From positions 11,135 through 67,006 of the forward strand of contig DHGW01000010.1 in assembly GCA_002402965.1 (NCBI GenBank): a DNA stretch of 55,872 bases. Reading direction: 5' to 3'. The position numbers were made by a program, and so were the translations under genes. Of the stretch, positions 10,898 through 21,087 are shown piece after piece (position 1 is the stretch's first letter; the number at the start of each line of letters is the position of its first letter). The stretch comes from Bacteroidales bacterium UBA4788. Its GTDB lineage: Bacteria > Bacteroidota > Bacteroidia > Bacteroidales > VadinHA17. The notes below the pieces were generated by a model. The model was not told the origin of the DNA. It saw only the letters and a list, made by a program, of their open reading frames with translations, and did not search any database.

Positions 10898-12045
10898 AGC
10901 TTCTTGCGAAGACTCATTACGGCCTTGAGGAAGTCCTTGCAGAGGAGCTGAGGGAGATGGGCGCCACAGGCGTCGCCGTCCTGAACAGAGCCGTCGCATT
11001 CGAAGGATCAAAATTGCTGCTTTACACTGCCAACTACCGCTGTCGCCTTGCGCTGTCGGTGTTGATGCCGGTGGCATCATTTCGCATAGCGAAGCAAAAG
11101 GATCTGTATAATGGCTCGGTTGCCGTGGAGTGGGACCGTTACCTCGATCCGGGAAGGACCTTTGCAGTAACGGCGGTGGTCAACTCGGAACATTTTCCTC
11201 ATACGGGCTACGCAGGCCTGGTGGTCAAGGATGCCATTGCTGATTTCTTTCGCAGGCTGAACCTGGAAAGGCCTTCGGTGGATGCGCGTGATCCGGATCT
11301 GCTTGTCAATGTGCATATAAGCAATGACAGGGTGACCATCTCGCTCGATTCCACCGTGGTACCCCTCTACAAGAGAGGATACCGGCAGGACGGAGGGGAA
11401 GCGCCGCTTAGCGAGGTGCTGGCAGCAGGAATGATAGCCCTGTCAGGGTGGAAAGCCGGAATGCCGCTCACCGATGGGATGTGCGGCTCAGGTACAATTG
11501 TCGCAGAGGCAGGACTGACAGCCCGTAACATCGCCCCGGGCAGGTTCAGAAAGAGTTACGGTTTCATGCGATGGAAGGATTATGATGCTGCTCTCTACAG
11601 GTCAGTCAGGTTCGATGCCGAAAAGCACGAGCGGAAGCCGCCCGTGAAGATTTTCGGCAGTGACATATCGCCGGAAGCATGTGCCATCGCCCTGCGAAAC
11701 ATAAAAGCTGCCGGGCTTGAGGATACGGTTGAGATTACTGAACGTGATTTCTTTTCTTCACCGCCGCCGGCAGGGGAGGGTACCCTGATTATCAATCCCC
11801 CCTACGGCCATCGCCTGGGCACACAGGACATGGCTGAATTTTACGGCAGGATTGGCTCAACACTGAAACATGGTTATGCAGGTTATACCGCATGGATCCT
11901 GTCCGGTGACCTGACAGGGCTCAGGCAGGTAGCACTGAAGCCCTCCCGTAAGTACACCCTGCTGAATGGCGATATCGAATGCCGCTTTCAGGGTTACGAA
12001 CTTTATGGAGGAAGCAGGAAGGTGAAGGGAGCTGACAGCCTCTGA
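10894..12045 (+). CDS. THUMP-domain SAM-dependent RNA methyltransferase (RlmL-like)
   Basis: GLEEVLAEEL, LYKRGYR, APLSE, DGMCGSGT, NPPYG. Confidence 0.9.
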   Translation: MKLLAKTHYGLEEVLAEELREMGATGVAVLNRAVAFEGSKLLLYTANYRCRLALSVLMPVASFRIAKQKDLYNGSVAVEWDRYLDPGRTFAVTAVVNSEHFPHTGYAGLVVKDAIADFFRRLNLERPSVDARDPDLLVNVHISNDRVTISLDSTVVPLYKRGYRQDGGEAPLSEVLAAGMIALSGWKAGMPLTDGMCGSGTIVAEAGLTARNIAPGRFRKSYGFMRWKDYDAALYRSVRFDAEKHERKPPVKIFGSDISPEACAIALRNIKAAGLEDTVEITERDFFSSPPPAGEGTLIINPPYGHRLGTQDMAEFYGRIGSTLKHGYAGYTAWILSGDLTGLRQVALKPSRKYTLLNGDIECRFQGYELYGGSRKVKGADSL

Positions 12046-12141
12046 AAATGTTTTTGTCAGCCGTAATGTAACCCTTGTCAAAAAAAGGTTGTCATAGCTG
12101 AAAATAAGATACGGGTATGTTGGCTTTTAACAACAATAATC

Positions 12142-12149
12142 TATTTTTG
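12142..12149 (+). promoter_or_regulatory. -7 promoter element (TATTTTTG) for the siaB/siaC-like pair
   Basis: TAnnTTTG ~39 bp upstream of ATG 12188. Confidence 0.5.
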
Positions 12150-12187
12150 TTACTCGTTCTAGCTTATGATACTTGCACAAAGGCCCG

Positions 12188-12742
12188 ATGAGCTTTGACC
12201 TTGAAAATCTGGTGAGCGACCTTGACATAAGAGGAGCAGTCCTTTATTACAAGGGAAACGTTGACTCGGACACAATAACCAAGGCTCTGGACCTGGTGGA
12301 AAGAAAGTTGCTGGCAACGCGGGAAGCCCCGAGACTGAGGAAGAAGGTATATAATGTGCTCGTGGAGAGTCTTCAGAACCTCTATCATCACTCAGACAGG
12401 GTACCGAGAGGCTACCATGCTGCAAAACCTGACAGGTTCGGCCTTGTGGTCATGGAGAAGATTGGCAGGGGATATCGCGTCACAACATGCAATTTTGTGG
12501 CCGCAGTGAGAGTCAAAGAGCTTGAGGAGAAGCTGACAAGGATCAACCGTTCTACTCCGGAGGAGATCAAGGAACTCTACAAAGACATCCTTAATCACCA
12601 GGAGATAACGGAGAAGGGGTTAGGCGGACTGGGGTTGCTTGACATCGCCAGGAAGACAGGCCACCGGATCGATTTCAGGTTTAAAAAATTTGACAACCTG
12701 AATACAGCTTTCCGGTTAAGTGCTGTTGTGGCACCGGTATAG
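12188..12742 (+). CDS. SiaB-family protein kinase (DUF6272, GHKL-like)
   Basis: YKG, KKVYNVLVESLQNLYHH, GLGGLGLLDIARK; adjacent to a DUF1987 gene. Confidence 0.85.
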   Translation: MSFDLENLVSDLDIRGAVLYYKGNVDSDTITKALDLVERKLLATREAPRLRKKVYNVLVESLQNLYHHSDRVPRGYHAAKPDRFGLVVMEKIGRGYRVTTCNFVAAVRVKELEEKLTRINRSTPEEIKELYKDILNHQEITEKGLGGLGLLDIARKTGHRIDFRFKKFDNLNTAFRLSAVVAPV

Positions 12743-12773
12743 GAGAATTAACAAAAACAGATAACAGAAAGCT

Positions 12774-13154
12774 ATGGAACCGATCATCATTGAAGGAACG
12801 CCGAAAACCCCATCCATTAAGTTCGATTTAAAGGAGGGAGTATTTGAGATTAAGGGGAGGTCAATACCCGAGAACTCGGTGGAGTTCTACAAACCGCTCA
12901 ATGAGTGGCTTGATCAGTACATGCAGGTGCCCCTTGACAAAACGGTGGTAAATATCAGGCTGGAGTATTTCAATACCAGCTCATCAAAATGCATCCTTGA
13001 CGTCTTCAAGCGACTGGAGGCGATACACAGGTCAAAGCATGATGTTGAGATCAACTGGTTTTACGAGGAGGATGATGAGGATATGCTTGAGGCAGGTGAG
13101 GATTATGATTCAATAATCAAGGTGCCTTTCAAGATGATTGAGATCGTTGAGTAA
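12774..13154 (+). CDS. SiaC-family (DUF1987) phospho-acceptor protein
   Basis: TPKTP, GRSIPEN..FY, LEYFNTSSSK, WFYEEDDEDMLEAGED. Confidence 0.9.
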   Translation: MEPIIIEGTPKTPSIKFDLKEGVFEIKGRSIPENSVEFYKPLNEWLDQYMQVPLDKTVVNIRLEYFNTSSSKCILDVFKRLEAIHRSKHDVEINWFYEEDDEDMLEAGEDYDSIIKVPFKMIEIVE

Positions 13155-13272
13155 TTCCCCTGGCAACAGGGTATTGGATCGGTTATATTTTTCGGGGGGT
13201 GTCAGCCTGTTGGCAGACGCCCTCTGTCATTGTAATTCCCTTCGTGCAGGTATTTCCGTAGCCTGCCTGCGG

Positions 13273-16200
13273 TTATCTGCGTTCGCGTTTGTCACGCATC
13301 ACTCTCCTGAGCTTCTCCGATGACTCCAGTATCCTGTGCAGGACCCTGAAATAGAGGAGTAAGTACAGAACCAGTGTCATCAGCCATATGACCGCAGTAT
13401 TGACCACCAGCGTGCCGGCGTATACACCGAACACCTTCTTGCGAGGCGCATAGAAGTGAGCTTTGATCAGCGGGTGGGCAGGATCAAAGAAAATCTGGTC
13501 GTAGTTCTGGTAGAGCCTGTCGCGGTACCGTTTGATTTTATCCTTTTCGTTGTCGTTTCTGACGAATTCTTCAAGTGACTCGTTGGTATACTGCTTCTTC
13601 ATACTGATGAAGGCATCCTTGTCAGCGCGCTCGTAAGCCATGATGCTCCTGTCGCGGGCTTCCACTGCATTCCTTGACACCTCGATATAATAACGTCTCA
13701 CCCTTTCGATGTAATCGCGCGCTGCACCTACAGCCTCCGGGGTGATGGCATCAGGGTTAATGACGCTGAGATCGAACGGAACGGTGGTTGTGAAACTTAT
13801 TTCCTCACCAATCTCATTCCGGATCAGCATCATATCATACCTGTCGGATTCATCCAGCCTCTCCCTTTCGATGTTGCTCTCCATGCGGGAGAGAATGCTT
13901 TTCATTTCGTTATACCATATATCCTTCCTGAACTTGGCGATGCTGATCACCTTGTCGAAATTATAGAACTGCTTTTCGAACCTGTTGTTCATGAACTGGT
14001 CGACTGCCAGCGCCTCATAACCCCAGCGGGCCGCAATAATCTCCCCGTAGACAGGGATCGAGACCGGTGAGGAGATGTTCGGATTGAGCTTGTCATATTT
14101 GACGATTATGCCGCTCAGAATGATCTGCGGGATGACAAGGAAGGGGATCAGGATATAGATTGTGACCACTGTTTTGAAGCTGTCTGAGATGAGCAGTCCC
14201 ATCATGTTTGATGTTGCCCAGCAGGAGAAGAGTACCAGCCAGTATTCGAACCACATGCCGCGTATGCCGAAGATGGAGTTGCCTACGGCGACGAAGGAGG
14301 CTGCCTGGATGGCGGAAATCAGGAACTGCACCCCGATTTTCGAAAGCAGGTAACTGTTCCAGCTCAGGTTAAGGAATGCCTCGCGCTTAAGGATTTTCCT
14401 GTCCTTGATAATCTCCTCCGCGCTCACTGTCAGGCCCATGAAGATGGCCACTATCACCGCCATGAAGATGTACACAGGCAGGTTGGTATTCTGCAGCAGG
14501 GTGTATGACGGATGGCTCACACTCTCGTCAAAATAGCGTATAATGAATGCCAGGAAGAGAGCCAGGACGGGAGCCTCGAGGAGTGTGATGACCATGTACT
14601 GCGCATCCGAGAGTTTGGCCAGTATGTCACGTTTTGCAAATACCAGGAACTGCTTCAGCTTGCCCGGTGTCCTGAAGGTTATCTCCGGGACTCCGTTCCC
14701 GGGTTTTGGATGCGGCGGTCTGTCCTCCTTTCTGGATTTGAAGTAGGCACTCCACTCCGGCGGTGATACCTTACGGGTCATGGTCGGTCGCCCGAACTCG
14801 TCAAGCACCTTTGATTCAACGATGCTGAAGATCTGTTCCGGGTTGACGTTTCCGCAGGCAGGACACTCGCTGTCATTGTATTTTGGGAGATGCATCCTGT
14901 CCTTGAAGTAGCCTATCGCGCCGACGGGTATACCGTAATAGACCATGTATCCTCCGGTATCAAGGAATATCAGCCTGTCAAACATCTTGAAGATATCCGA
15001 GGAGGGCTGATGGATGACGACGAATATCAGTTTTCCCTTCAGCTTAAGGTCATTAAGCAGGTCAAGTATGTTTTCCGAGTCGAGTGAGGACAATCCCGAG
15101 GTGGGTTCGTCAAGGAACAGGATTGCCGGTTCCCTGATAAGTTCCAGGGAGATGTTGAGCCGTTTGCGCTGACCTCCGGAAATCTTCTTATTGAGAGGTG
15201 TTCCCACCTTCATATTCTTAATATCATGGAGCCCGAGGCTGTGAAGCACTTCATCCACCTTGTTGGTGATGGCCTCATCATCCAGGTTGCCGAAGCAGAG
15301 TTTGGCATTGTAGAAGAGGTTCTCGAAGACGGTAAGCTCCTCTATAAGAAGATCGTCCTGAGACACATAGCCTATCAGACCCTTTACCTTTTCTGCATCA
15401 GTGTGCAAGTTGATGGAGTTGATGAGCACCTCACCCGAGTCGGGTTTGTTGGTGCCGTTGAGTACGCTCAGGAGGGTTGATTTGCCCGCTCCGGAGGCGC
15501 CCATGATGCCAACGAGTCTTCCGGACTCCTCCGCGAAACTCATGCGGTGAAGTCCCACCTGGCCTCCCTTGAACTTGTATTCGATGTCTTTAACCTCATA
15601 TACCACCCTTGATGCAAGGGCGCTCTCATCAAGGAACTGCCTTATCACCTCGGAATAGTATATAGGCTTGCTGCTCATGAACTTGAGTGACGCTCCACGC
15701 TCGAAGAGATATACCTTGTCTTCATGCCTGAGCTGGCCGCTCAGGAGAAGTTCCCCGGTTCCGAATGACCTGACGAACAGCATGTCAGCCTGTGGCAGGT
15801 TAAGCACCCTCACCTGTCCCCGGAAGGAGTCATTGATAATGTGGCGGGTCTTTTCATACCTTGTCTTACGGTCACTGTCAAGGACAAGAACCTGGGGTGA
15901 TTCCGGTACCTCGGACCGTGATGAGAGAACGAAAAGCTGAATAAGCTGATAGTCTTCGGGATTGATGTTAAATCCTTCCGCGGCGGTAATGATGAACTCC
16001 AGTTCGATGTTACTGACCCCGGCATTGTCGGTACGGCAGTATTCGAGAAGCTGGACCAGCACAATTATTTTCTGGTTGAGGGTGAGCTGCATCCCGATGT
16101 CAAAGCAGATCTTTATGATCCTTACCGAGATGGAGGAGTTTCTCCGGGCTTCCTTGCCCTTTCTGAGCCTGTCCTGGGCTTCGGCATAATATGTGTCGAA

Positions 16201-16347
16201 GATTTCCAGGTAGGCTTTTACCCCCTCATGGTTCAGCTGTGGCCTGAGGAAAGCCTCCACAACCTGTCGCCTGTCGCTCTCATTGCCCTGCGCAGGGGCA
16301 ATGATGGCAAAGAGATGCATCAGGGTATTAAGTATCTTCTCATTCAT
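13273..16347 (-). CDS. Large ABCG-like fused ABC protein (N-terminal extra domain, NBD, ABC2-type TMD, long C-terminal loop)
   Basis: Walker A GASGAGKST, ISGGQRKR, ILFLDEPTSGL, IHQPS; hydrophobic helices C-terminal of the NBD; CPACG motif. Confidence 0.85.
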   Translation of the reverse strand: MNEKILNTLMHLFAIIAPAQGNESDRRQVVEAFLRPQLNHEGVKAYLEIFDTYYAEAQDRLRKGKEARRNSSISVRIIKICFDIGMQLTLNQKIIVLVQLLEYCRTDNAGVSNIELEFIITAAEGFNINPEDYQLIQLFVLSSRSEVPESPQVLVLDSDRKTRYEKTRHIINDSFRGQVRVLNLPQADMLFVRSFGTGELLLSGQLRHEDKVYLFERGASLKFMSSKPIYYSEVIRQFLDESALASRVVYEVKDIEYKFKGGQVGLHRMSFAEESGRLVGIMGASGAGKSTLLSVLNGTNKPDSGEVLINSINLHTDAEKVKGLIGYVSQDDLLIEELTVFENLFYNAKLCFGNLDDEAITNKVDEVLHSLGLHDIKNMKVGTPLNKKISGGQRKRLNISLELIREPAILFLDEPTSGLSSLDSENILDLLNDLKLKGKLIFVVIHQPSSDIFKMFDRLIFLDTGGYMVYYGIPVGAIGYFKDRMHLPKYNDSECPACGNVNPEQIFSIVESKVLDEFGRPTMTRKVSPPEWSAYFKSRKEDRPPHPKPGNGVPEITFRTPGKLKQFLVFAKRDILAKLSDAQYMVITLLEAPVLALFLAFIIRYFDESVSHPSYTLLQNTNLPVYIFMAVIVAIFMGLTVSAEEIIKDRKILKREAFLNLSWNSYLLSKIGVQFLISAIQAASFVAVGNSIFGIRGMWFEYWLVLFSCWATSNMMGLLISDSFKTVVTIYILIPFLVIPQIILSGIIVKYDKLNPNISSPVSIPVYGEIIAARWGYEALAVDQFMNNRFEKQFYNFDKVISIAKFRKDIWYNEMKSILSRMESNIERERLDESDRYDMMLIRNEIGEEISFTTTVPFDLSVINPDAITPEAVGAARDYIERVRRYYIEVSRNAVEARDRSIMAYERADKDAFISMKKQYTNESLEEFVRNDNEKDKIKRYRDRLYQNYDQIFFDPAHPLIKAHFYAPRKKVFGVYAGTLVVNTAVIWLMTLVLYLLLYFRVLHRILESSEKLRRVMRDKRERR

Positions 16348-16502
16348 CCCGGAGAGGTGTCAGGAACCGCATTACAGCTCCTGAATGATATATAACGGCC
16401 CCGGCTTACCTATATTATCCCGGGTCTGTCAATCTGGCATGAATCAGGCTTGCGGAACGGTATGGCAAAATTATTGAACAGCATAAGGGAAAAGCATGGA
16501 AT

Positions 16503-19094
16503 ATGAACTTTGAAAATTTTACAATAAAAGCACAGGAATCTGTTCAGAAGGCAGTGACCATTGCTGCAGGCAAGGGTCACCAGGCCATTGAGTGCGGCCA
16601 CCTGCTCAAGGGGATTATGACTGAGGCCGAGAACATCGTGTCATATGTCATGTCGAAGACAGGTGTCAATGCTGCCATCTTCGGGAAAGCGCTGGATGAG
16701 ATCATTGACGGTTACCCGCGGGTCAGTGGAGGGGAACCCTATTTCTCCCAGGAGGCTTCCGGTGTCTTCAGGCGAGCTGCTGATCATGCTGCCAGGATGC
16801 AGGACCGGTTCGTATCAGTGGAACATATCCTTCTGGCTCTCACCGGATCGGCCGGCAGTGTATCGAAGCTGATGAAGGACAACGGTCTGGATGCCGGGGG
16901 ACTGACCACCGCGATAAATGACCTGCGCAAGGGGGCGAAAGTGAACAGCCAGAACTCGGAGGAGACGTATGACTCGCTGAACAGGTACGCCATTGACCTT
17001 AATGAGCGTGCCAGGGCCGGAAAGCTTGATCCGGTCATAGGCCGTGACGAGGAGATCAGAAGAGTGCTGCAGATACTGTCACGCCGGACAAAGAACAATC
17101 CCATCCTGGTTGGTGAACCCGGCGTCGGCAAAACAGCCATCGCTGAAGGTCTGGCACACAGGATAGTACGCGGCGATGTGCCGGAGGACCTGATGAGGAA
17201 GCGAATATTCTCCCTTGATATGGGAGCGCTCATCGCAGGTGCGAAATACAAGGGCGAATTTGAAGAGAGGCTCAAGTCAGTTGTCAACGAAGTCATCGCC
17301 TCCGACGGCGATGTGATACTGTTTATTGACGAGATACACACTCTCGTGGGAGCAGGCAAGGGCGAGGGAGCGATGGATGCCGCCAATATCCTCAAGCCGG
17401 CGCTGGCGAAGGGTGAGCTTCGGGCAATAGGAGCCACTACCCTGAACGAGTACCAGAAATATTTCGAAGTTGACAAAGCCCTTGAACGCCGCTTCCAGGT
17501 GGTCACGATCGACGAACCCGACAGGGCTGATGCCATCTCGATTCTGCGGGGACTGAGGGAGAAATATGAAACACACCATAAGGTTATTATAAGAGATGAG
17601 GCCATCATTTCTGCCGTTGACCTCTCTTACCGTTACATTACTGACAGGTTCCTGCCTGACAAGGCCATTGACCTCATTGACGAGGCTGCTGCCCGGCTGA
17701 GACTGGAGATGAATTCTGTTCCCGAGGAGATTGATACGGCTGACAGGCAGATCAGGCAGCTTGAGATAGAGCGTGAGGCAGTGCGCCGTGACGGTGACGC
17801 CGCAAAGGAGAAGGAGCTGTCAAAGGAGATAGCCGATCTTGCTGCAGGACGTGATGAGCTCAAAGCGCGCTGGCGTGCGGAGAAAGACCTGGTGGAGGAC
17901 CTGCAGAAGAAGAAGCAGGCTGCGGAAGAGCTCAGGTTTGAAGCTGAGAGGGCTGAGAGATCCGGCGACTATGGACGGGTGGCAGAGATCAGGTATGGCA
18001 AGCTCGTGGAGATAGAGCAGGCGACAGAGCGTCTGAACAAAGAGATAGAGCAGAAGCGCAATACCGGGTCAATGGTGCGTGATGATGTCAGAGCGGATGA
18101 CATTGCAGAGATCGTCTCCAGGTGGACGGGTATACCCGTATCGCGCATGCTGGAGAGTGAGAAGGAGAAACTCCTGAAGCTGGAGGAAGAACTTCATAAA
18201 AGGGTTGTCGGCCAGGATGAGGCCATCAGAGCAGTTTCAGATGCAGTGCGCCGTTCCAGGGCAGGACTGCAGGACGAAAAGAGACCAATGGGGTCATTCA
18301 TATTTCTGGGTACAACAGGCGTCGGCAAGACAGAGCTTGCCAGGGCGTTGGCAGGATATCTCTTCAACGACGAGAACCTGATGACCCGCATTGACATGAC
18401 GGAGTACCAGGAGCGACACAGCGTCTCCAGACTCATAGGGGCACCTCCCGGTTATGTCGGATATGACGAAGGAGGCCAGCTCACCGAAGCAATACGCCAT
18501 AAACCCTATTCGGTGGTCCTGCTTGATGAGATAGAAAAGGCCCATCCGGATGTCTTTAACATACTGCTGCAGGTGCTTGATGATGGCAGGCTGACAGACA
18601 ACAAGGGCAGGACAGTCAACTTCCGCAACACAATTGTCATCATGACCTCCAATCTTGGCTCGTCGCTTATACGCGAAAGCATTGAAGAGAGTAACGGTGA
18701 GATGACGGAGACGAAGGCTGAAAAGCTCAGGGATGAGCTGGTACAGATGCTTCGCACCACCCTCAGGCCGGAGTTTGTAAACCGTGTTGATGAGATTGTG
18801 ATGTTCAGGCCCCTGACACTGGCACAGATCAGGGAGATTGTCATGATGCAGTTCGGAAGGGTGGCTCAGATGCTTGAGGAGAAGGGTATCAGCAGTGAAC
18901 TGACTGACAGGGCGGTGGACTGGCTGGCAGACAGGGGATTTGACCCGTTGTTTGGTGCCAGACCTGTCAAGCGGTTGATCCAGAAGGAGATAGTGAATGA
19001 ACTATCGAAAGAGATCATTGCCGGGACAATCGACAAAAGCAAGAAGGTAAGGATTGATGTGCAGTCAGGCAATATTGTTATTACAAACGCCTAG
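16503..19094 (+). CDS. clpB: ATP-dependent chaperone ClpB
   Basis: Two AAA modules (GEPGVGKT, GTTGVGKT), coiled-coil M domain, GAPPGYVGY. Confidence 0.97.
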   Translation: MNFENFTIKAQESVQKAVTIAAGKGHQAIECGHLLKGIMTEAENIVSYVMSKTGVNAAIFGKALDEIIDGYPRVSGGEPYFSQEASGVFRRAADHAARMQDRFVSVEHILLALTGSAGSVSKLMKDNGLDAGGLTTAINDLRKGAKVNSQNSEETYDSLNRYAIDLNERARAGKLDPVIGRDEEIRRVLQILSRRTKNNPILVGEPGVGKTAIAEGLAHRIVRGDVPEDLMRKRIFSLDMGALIAGAKYKGEFEERLKSVVNEVIASDGDVILFIDEIHTLVGAGKGEGAMDAANILKPALAKGELRAIGATTLNEYQKYFEVDKALERRFQVVTIDEPDRADAISILRGLREKYETHHKVIIRDEAIISAVDLSYRYITDRFLPDKAIDLIDEAAARLRLEMNSVPEEIDTADRQIRQLEIEREAVRRDGDAAKEKELSKEIADLAAGRDELKARWRAEKDLVEDLQKKKQAAEELRFEAERAERSGDYGRVAEIRYGKLVEIEQATERLNKEIEQKRNTGSMVRDDVRADDIAEIVSRWTGIPVSRMLESEKEKLLKLEEELHKRVVGQDEAIRAVSDAVRRSRAGLQDEKRPMGSFIFLGTTGVGKTELARALAGYLFNDENLMTRIDMTEYQERHSVSRLIGAPPGYVGYDEGGQLTEAIRHKPYSVVLLDEIEKAHPDVFNILLQVLDDGRLTDNKGRTVNFRNTIVIMTSNLGSSLIRESIEESNGEMTETKAEKLRDELVQMLRTTLRPEFVNRVDEIVMFRPLTLAQIREIVMMQFGRVAQMLEEKGISSELTDRAVDWLADRGFDPLFGARPVKRLIQKEIVNELSKEIIAGTIDKSKKVRIDVQSGNIVITNA

Positions 19095-19441
19095 TAGGGA
19101 GAGTTAAGACGGAAGCTGTCCAGGCAGCTTGCGCGGTCAGGGTATATGTCAAGAGACTGGTGCAACTGAAGCAGTTCGAACAGTTCGCTGGCGCCCGGGG
19201 TGAGGGAGCATAACCTGTAGGTGCAGTAATTTGACCGTGCAACCCTAAGCAGGTACAGGAACATGGCGAAGGCCGTGCTGTCTAGGTAGTTGACGCCTCC
19301 CATATCAATCACCACCCTTGTGTAAGGGGTTTCAAAAAGCTTAATGATAACGGGCCTGATCTTGTCAACATTCAGAGCGTTGATGCGGTCAGTGCTGAAA
19401 CTGATGATCTCTAAGCCGTCAACTCTTTCGGATTGAACCAT
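19091..19441 (-). CDS. STAS-domain protein
   Basis: VVIDMGGVNYLDSTAFAMF, STAS size and pattern. Confidence 0.8.
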   Translation of the reverse strand: MVQSERVDGLEIISFSTDRINALNVDKIRPVIIKLFETPYTRVVIDMGGVNYLDSTAFAMFLYLLRVARSNYCTYRLCSLTPGASELFELLQLHQSLDIYPDRASCLDSFRLNSPY

Positions 19442-19447
19442 GCCGGA

Positions 19448-19801
19448 TCAGATCTTTTTACCGAGATAATCGTTCACCTCGGACATTACTGTATCTGTGT
19501 CAGCCTCGAACCTGGTTATGAAATCTTTGTATTTCTCCGTTTGTTCGCCGGCCTTTGCAAGCAGTTCAAACTCCTTGAGCATGACAGCGGTTTCATCCAT
19601 TCCCAGGACGGTAACCGATCCCTTGGCCTTGTGGGCCAGAAGACCCAGCTCATAGTATTTCTCCTGCTTCAGAAGGTTCCTCATATCATTGAGAAACTGC
19701 GGTATCTGGTTGCCGAAGATACCGGTAATCTCAGCCATCGTCTCCCTGTCGCCGCCGGTGATGCTCAGGAGGTATTCGGGTTTGAATATTGTGTATTCCA
19801 T
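19448..19801 (-). CDS. Stand-alone Hpt (histidine phosphotransfer) protein
   Basis: [22 protein letters not shown] (HxxKGS motif). Confidence 0.85.
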   Translation of the reverse strand: MEYTIFKPEYLLSITGGDRETMAEITGIFGNQIPQFLNDMRNLLKQEKYYELGLLAHKAKGSVTVLGMDETAVMLKEFELLAKAGEQTEKYKDFITRFEADTDTVMSEVNDYLGKKI

Positions 19802-19824
19802 CTCTCCGGTTGTTTTTCAGGTTA

Positions 19825-19832
19825 CAAATATA
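19825..19832 (-). promoter_or_regulatory. -7 promoter element (TATATTTG) for Hpt-STAS
   Basis: TAnnTTTG 24 bp upstream of the Hpt ATG. Confidence 0.55.
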
Positions 19833-19920
19833 GGAATTATGAATCCATCAGACCATGAGAAATGTCCGCATGGACAATCCAAAAATGATTTTAAGCAGCT
19901 TTTTATCATCCGAAAAGCCC

Positions 19921-19928
19921 TATTTTTG
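19921..19928 (+). promoter_or_regulatory. -7 promoter element (TATTTTTG) for the gcvT gene run
   Basis: TAnnTTTG 25 bp upstream of ATG 19953. Confidence 0.55.
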
Positions 19929-19952
19929 TTTCAGAACCAAAAGCTTAGTAAT

Positions 19953-21062
19953 ATGAAAAACACTCCGTTTCTAAAGTACCATGAGGCCCTTGGAGCCAGG
20001 ATAGTGCCCTTTGCAGGTTACAACATGCCCGTCGAGTATACGGGGATCACGGAAGAGCATCTCAAGGTACGTTCAGGTGTTGGTGTATTTGATGTATCGC
20101 ATATGGGCGAATTCTGGGTCAACGGTCCCCGCGCACTTGATTTCCTTCAGCATATAACCTCCAATGATGTATCGGTCCTGACTGACGGAAAGGTTCAGTA
20201 CACATGCTTCCCGAACGGGAATGGCGGGATAGTTGATGATCTCCTTGTCTACCGGTTCAGTGCGGAGAAGTATCTTCTCGTTGTAAATGCAGCAAACATT
20301 GAAAAGGACTGGGAGTGGTGTGTGAAGCATGCTGCTGCCTTTGGCATCTCAGCCGGTCACGGGAAGGATCTGAACAACGCATCCGACGGCACTGCACAGT
20401 TGGCGGTACAGGGGCCACTTGCTCTGAAGGCAATGCAGAAACTGACCGATGTGCCCATCACTGACATGGAATACTACACATTCAAGGTGCTGAGGTTTGC
20501 GGGAATTGATGACGTTATTCTCTCGACCACTGGTTATACCGGTTCGGGCGGATGTGAGATATATGTCAGGAATGCTGATGGTCCCCGTCTTTGGGAAGAG
20601 GTATTCAGGGCAGGGGAGGAGTTCGGCATAAAGGCTATCGGGCTGGGAGCCAGGGATACTTTGCGCCTCGAGATGGGCTTCTGCCTGTATGGCAACGATA
20701 TCAACGACACCACCTCACCCATTGAAGCCGGCCTGGGTTGGATCACCAAGTTCGTGCCCGGCAAGGATTTCATTGACAGGGAACTGCTCCTGAAACAGAA
20801 GGAGGAGGGGACCGTGAGGCGCCTGAAAGGCTTCATCATGATTGACAAGGGAATACCCAGGCAGCATTATGAGGTTGTTGACGCACAGGGTAACCTGATT
20901 GGTGAGGTCACCTCGGGAACCATGGCGCCTTCACTGAAACAGGGGATAGGTCTGGCATATCTGAACAAGGGTTTCTGGAAGAATGACACCGGGATCTTCA
21001 TTCGTGTCAGAGGCAGGGACCTGAAGGCTCAGGTTACCTCATTACCCTTCTACAAACAGTGA
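19953..21062 (+). CDS. gcvT: Glycine cleavage system aminomethyltransferase T
   Basis: [41 protein letters not shown]; start placed at MKNTPF. Confidence 0.95.
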   Translation: MKNTPFLKYHEALGARIVPFAGYNMPVEYTGITEEHLKVRSGVGVFDVSHMGEFWVNGPRALDFLQHITSNDVSVLTDGKVQYTCFPNGNGGIVDDLLVYRFSAEKYLLVVNAANIEKDWEWCVKHAAAFGISAGHGKDLNNASDGTAQLAVQGPLALKAMQKLTDVPITDMEYYTFKVLRFAGIDDVILSTTGYTGSGGCEIYVRNADGPRLWEEVFRAGEEFGIKAIGLGARDTLRLEMGFCLYGNDINDTTSPIEAGLGWITKFVPGKDFIDRELLLKQKEEGTVRRLKGFIMIDKGIPRQHYEVVDAQGNLIGEVTSGTMAPSLKQGIGLAYLNKGFWKNDTGIFIRVRGRDLKAQVTSLPFYKQ

Positions 21063-21087
21063 TTCATACAGGAGAATAACGGCCGTA

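Noticed and set aside
16784-17608. 274-aa antisense ORF within clpB (and many similar antisense ORFs)
   Set aside because: No recognisable motifs; expected from codon bias opposite conserved genes.
19689-19952. Long N-terminal extension of GcvT in the ORF track (similarly for zwf, rmlA and pntB)
   Set aside because: The upstream alternative starts cross promoter elements or neighbouring genes; family similarity begins at the downstream ATG.
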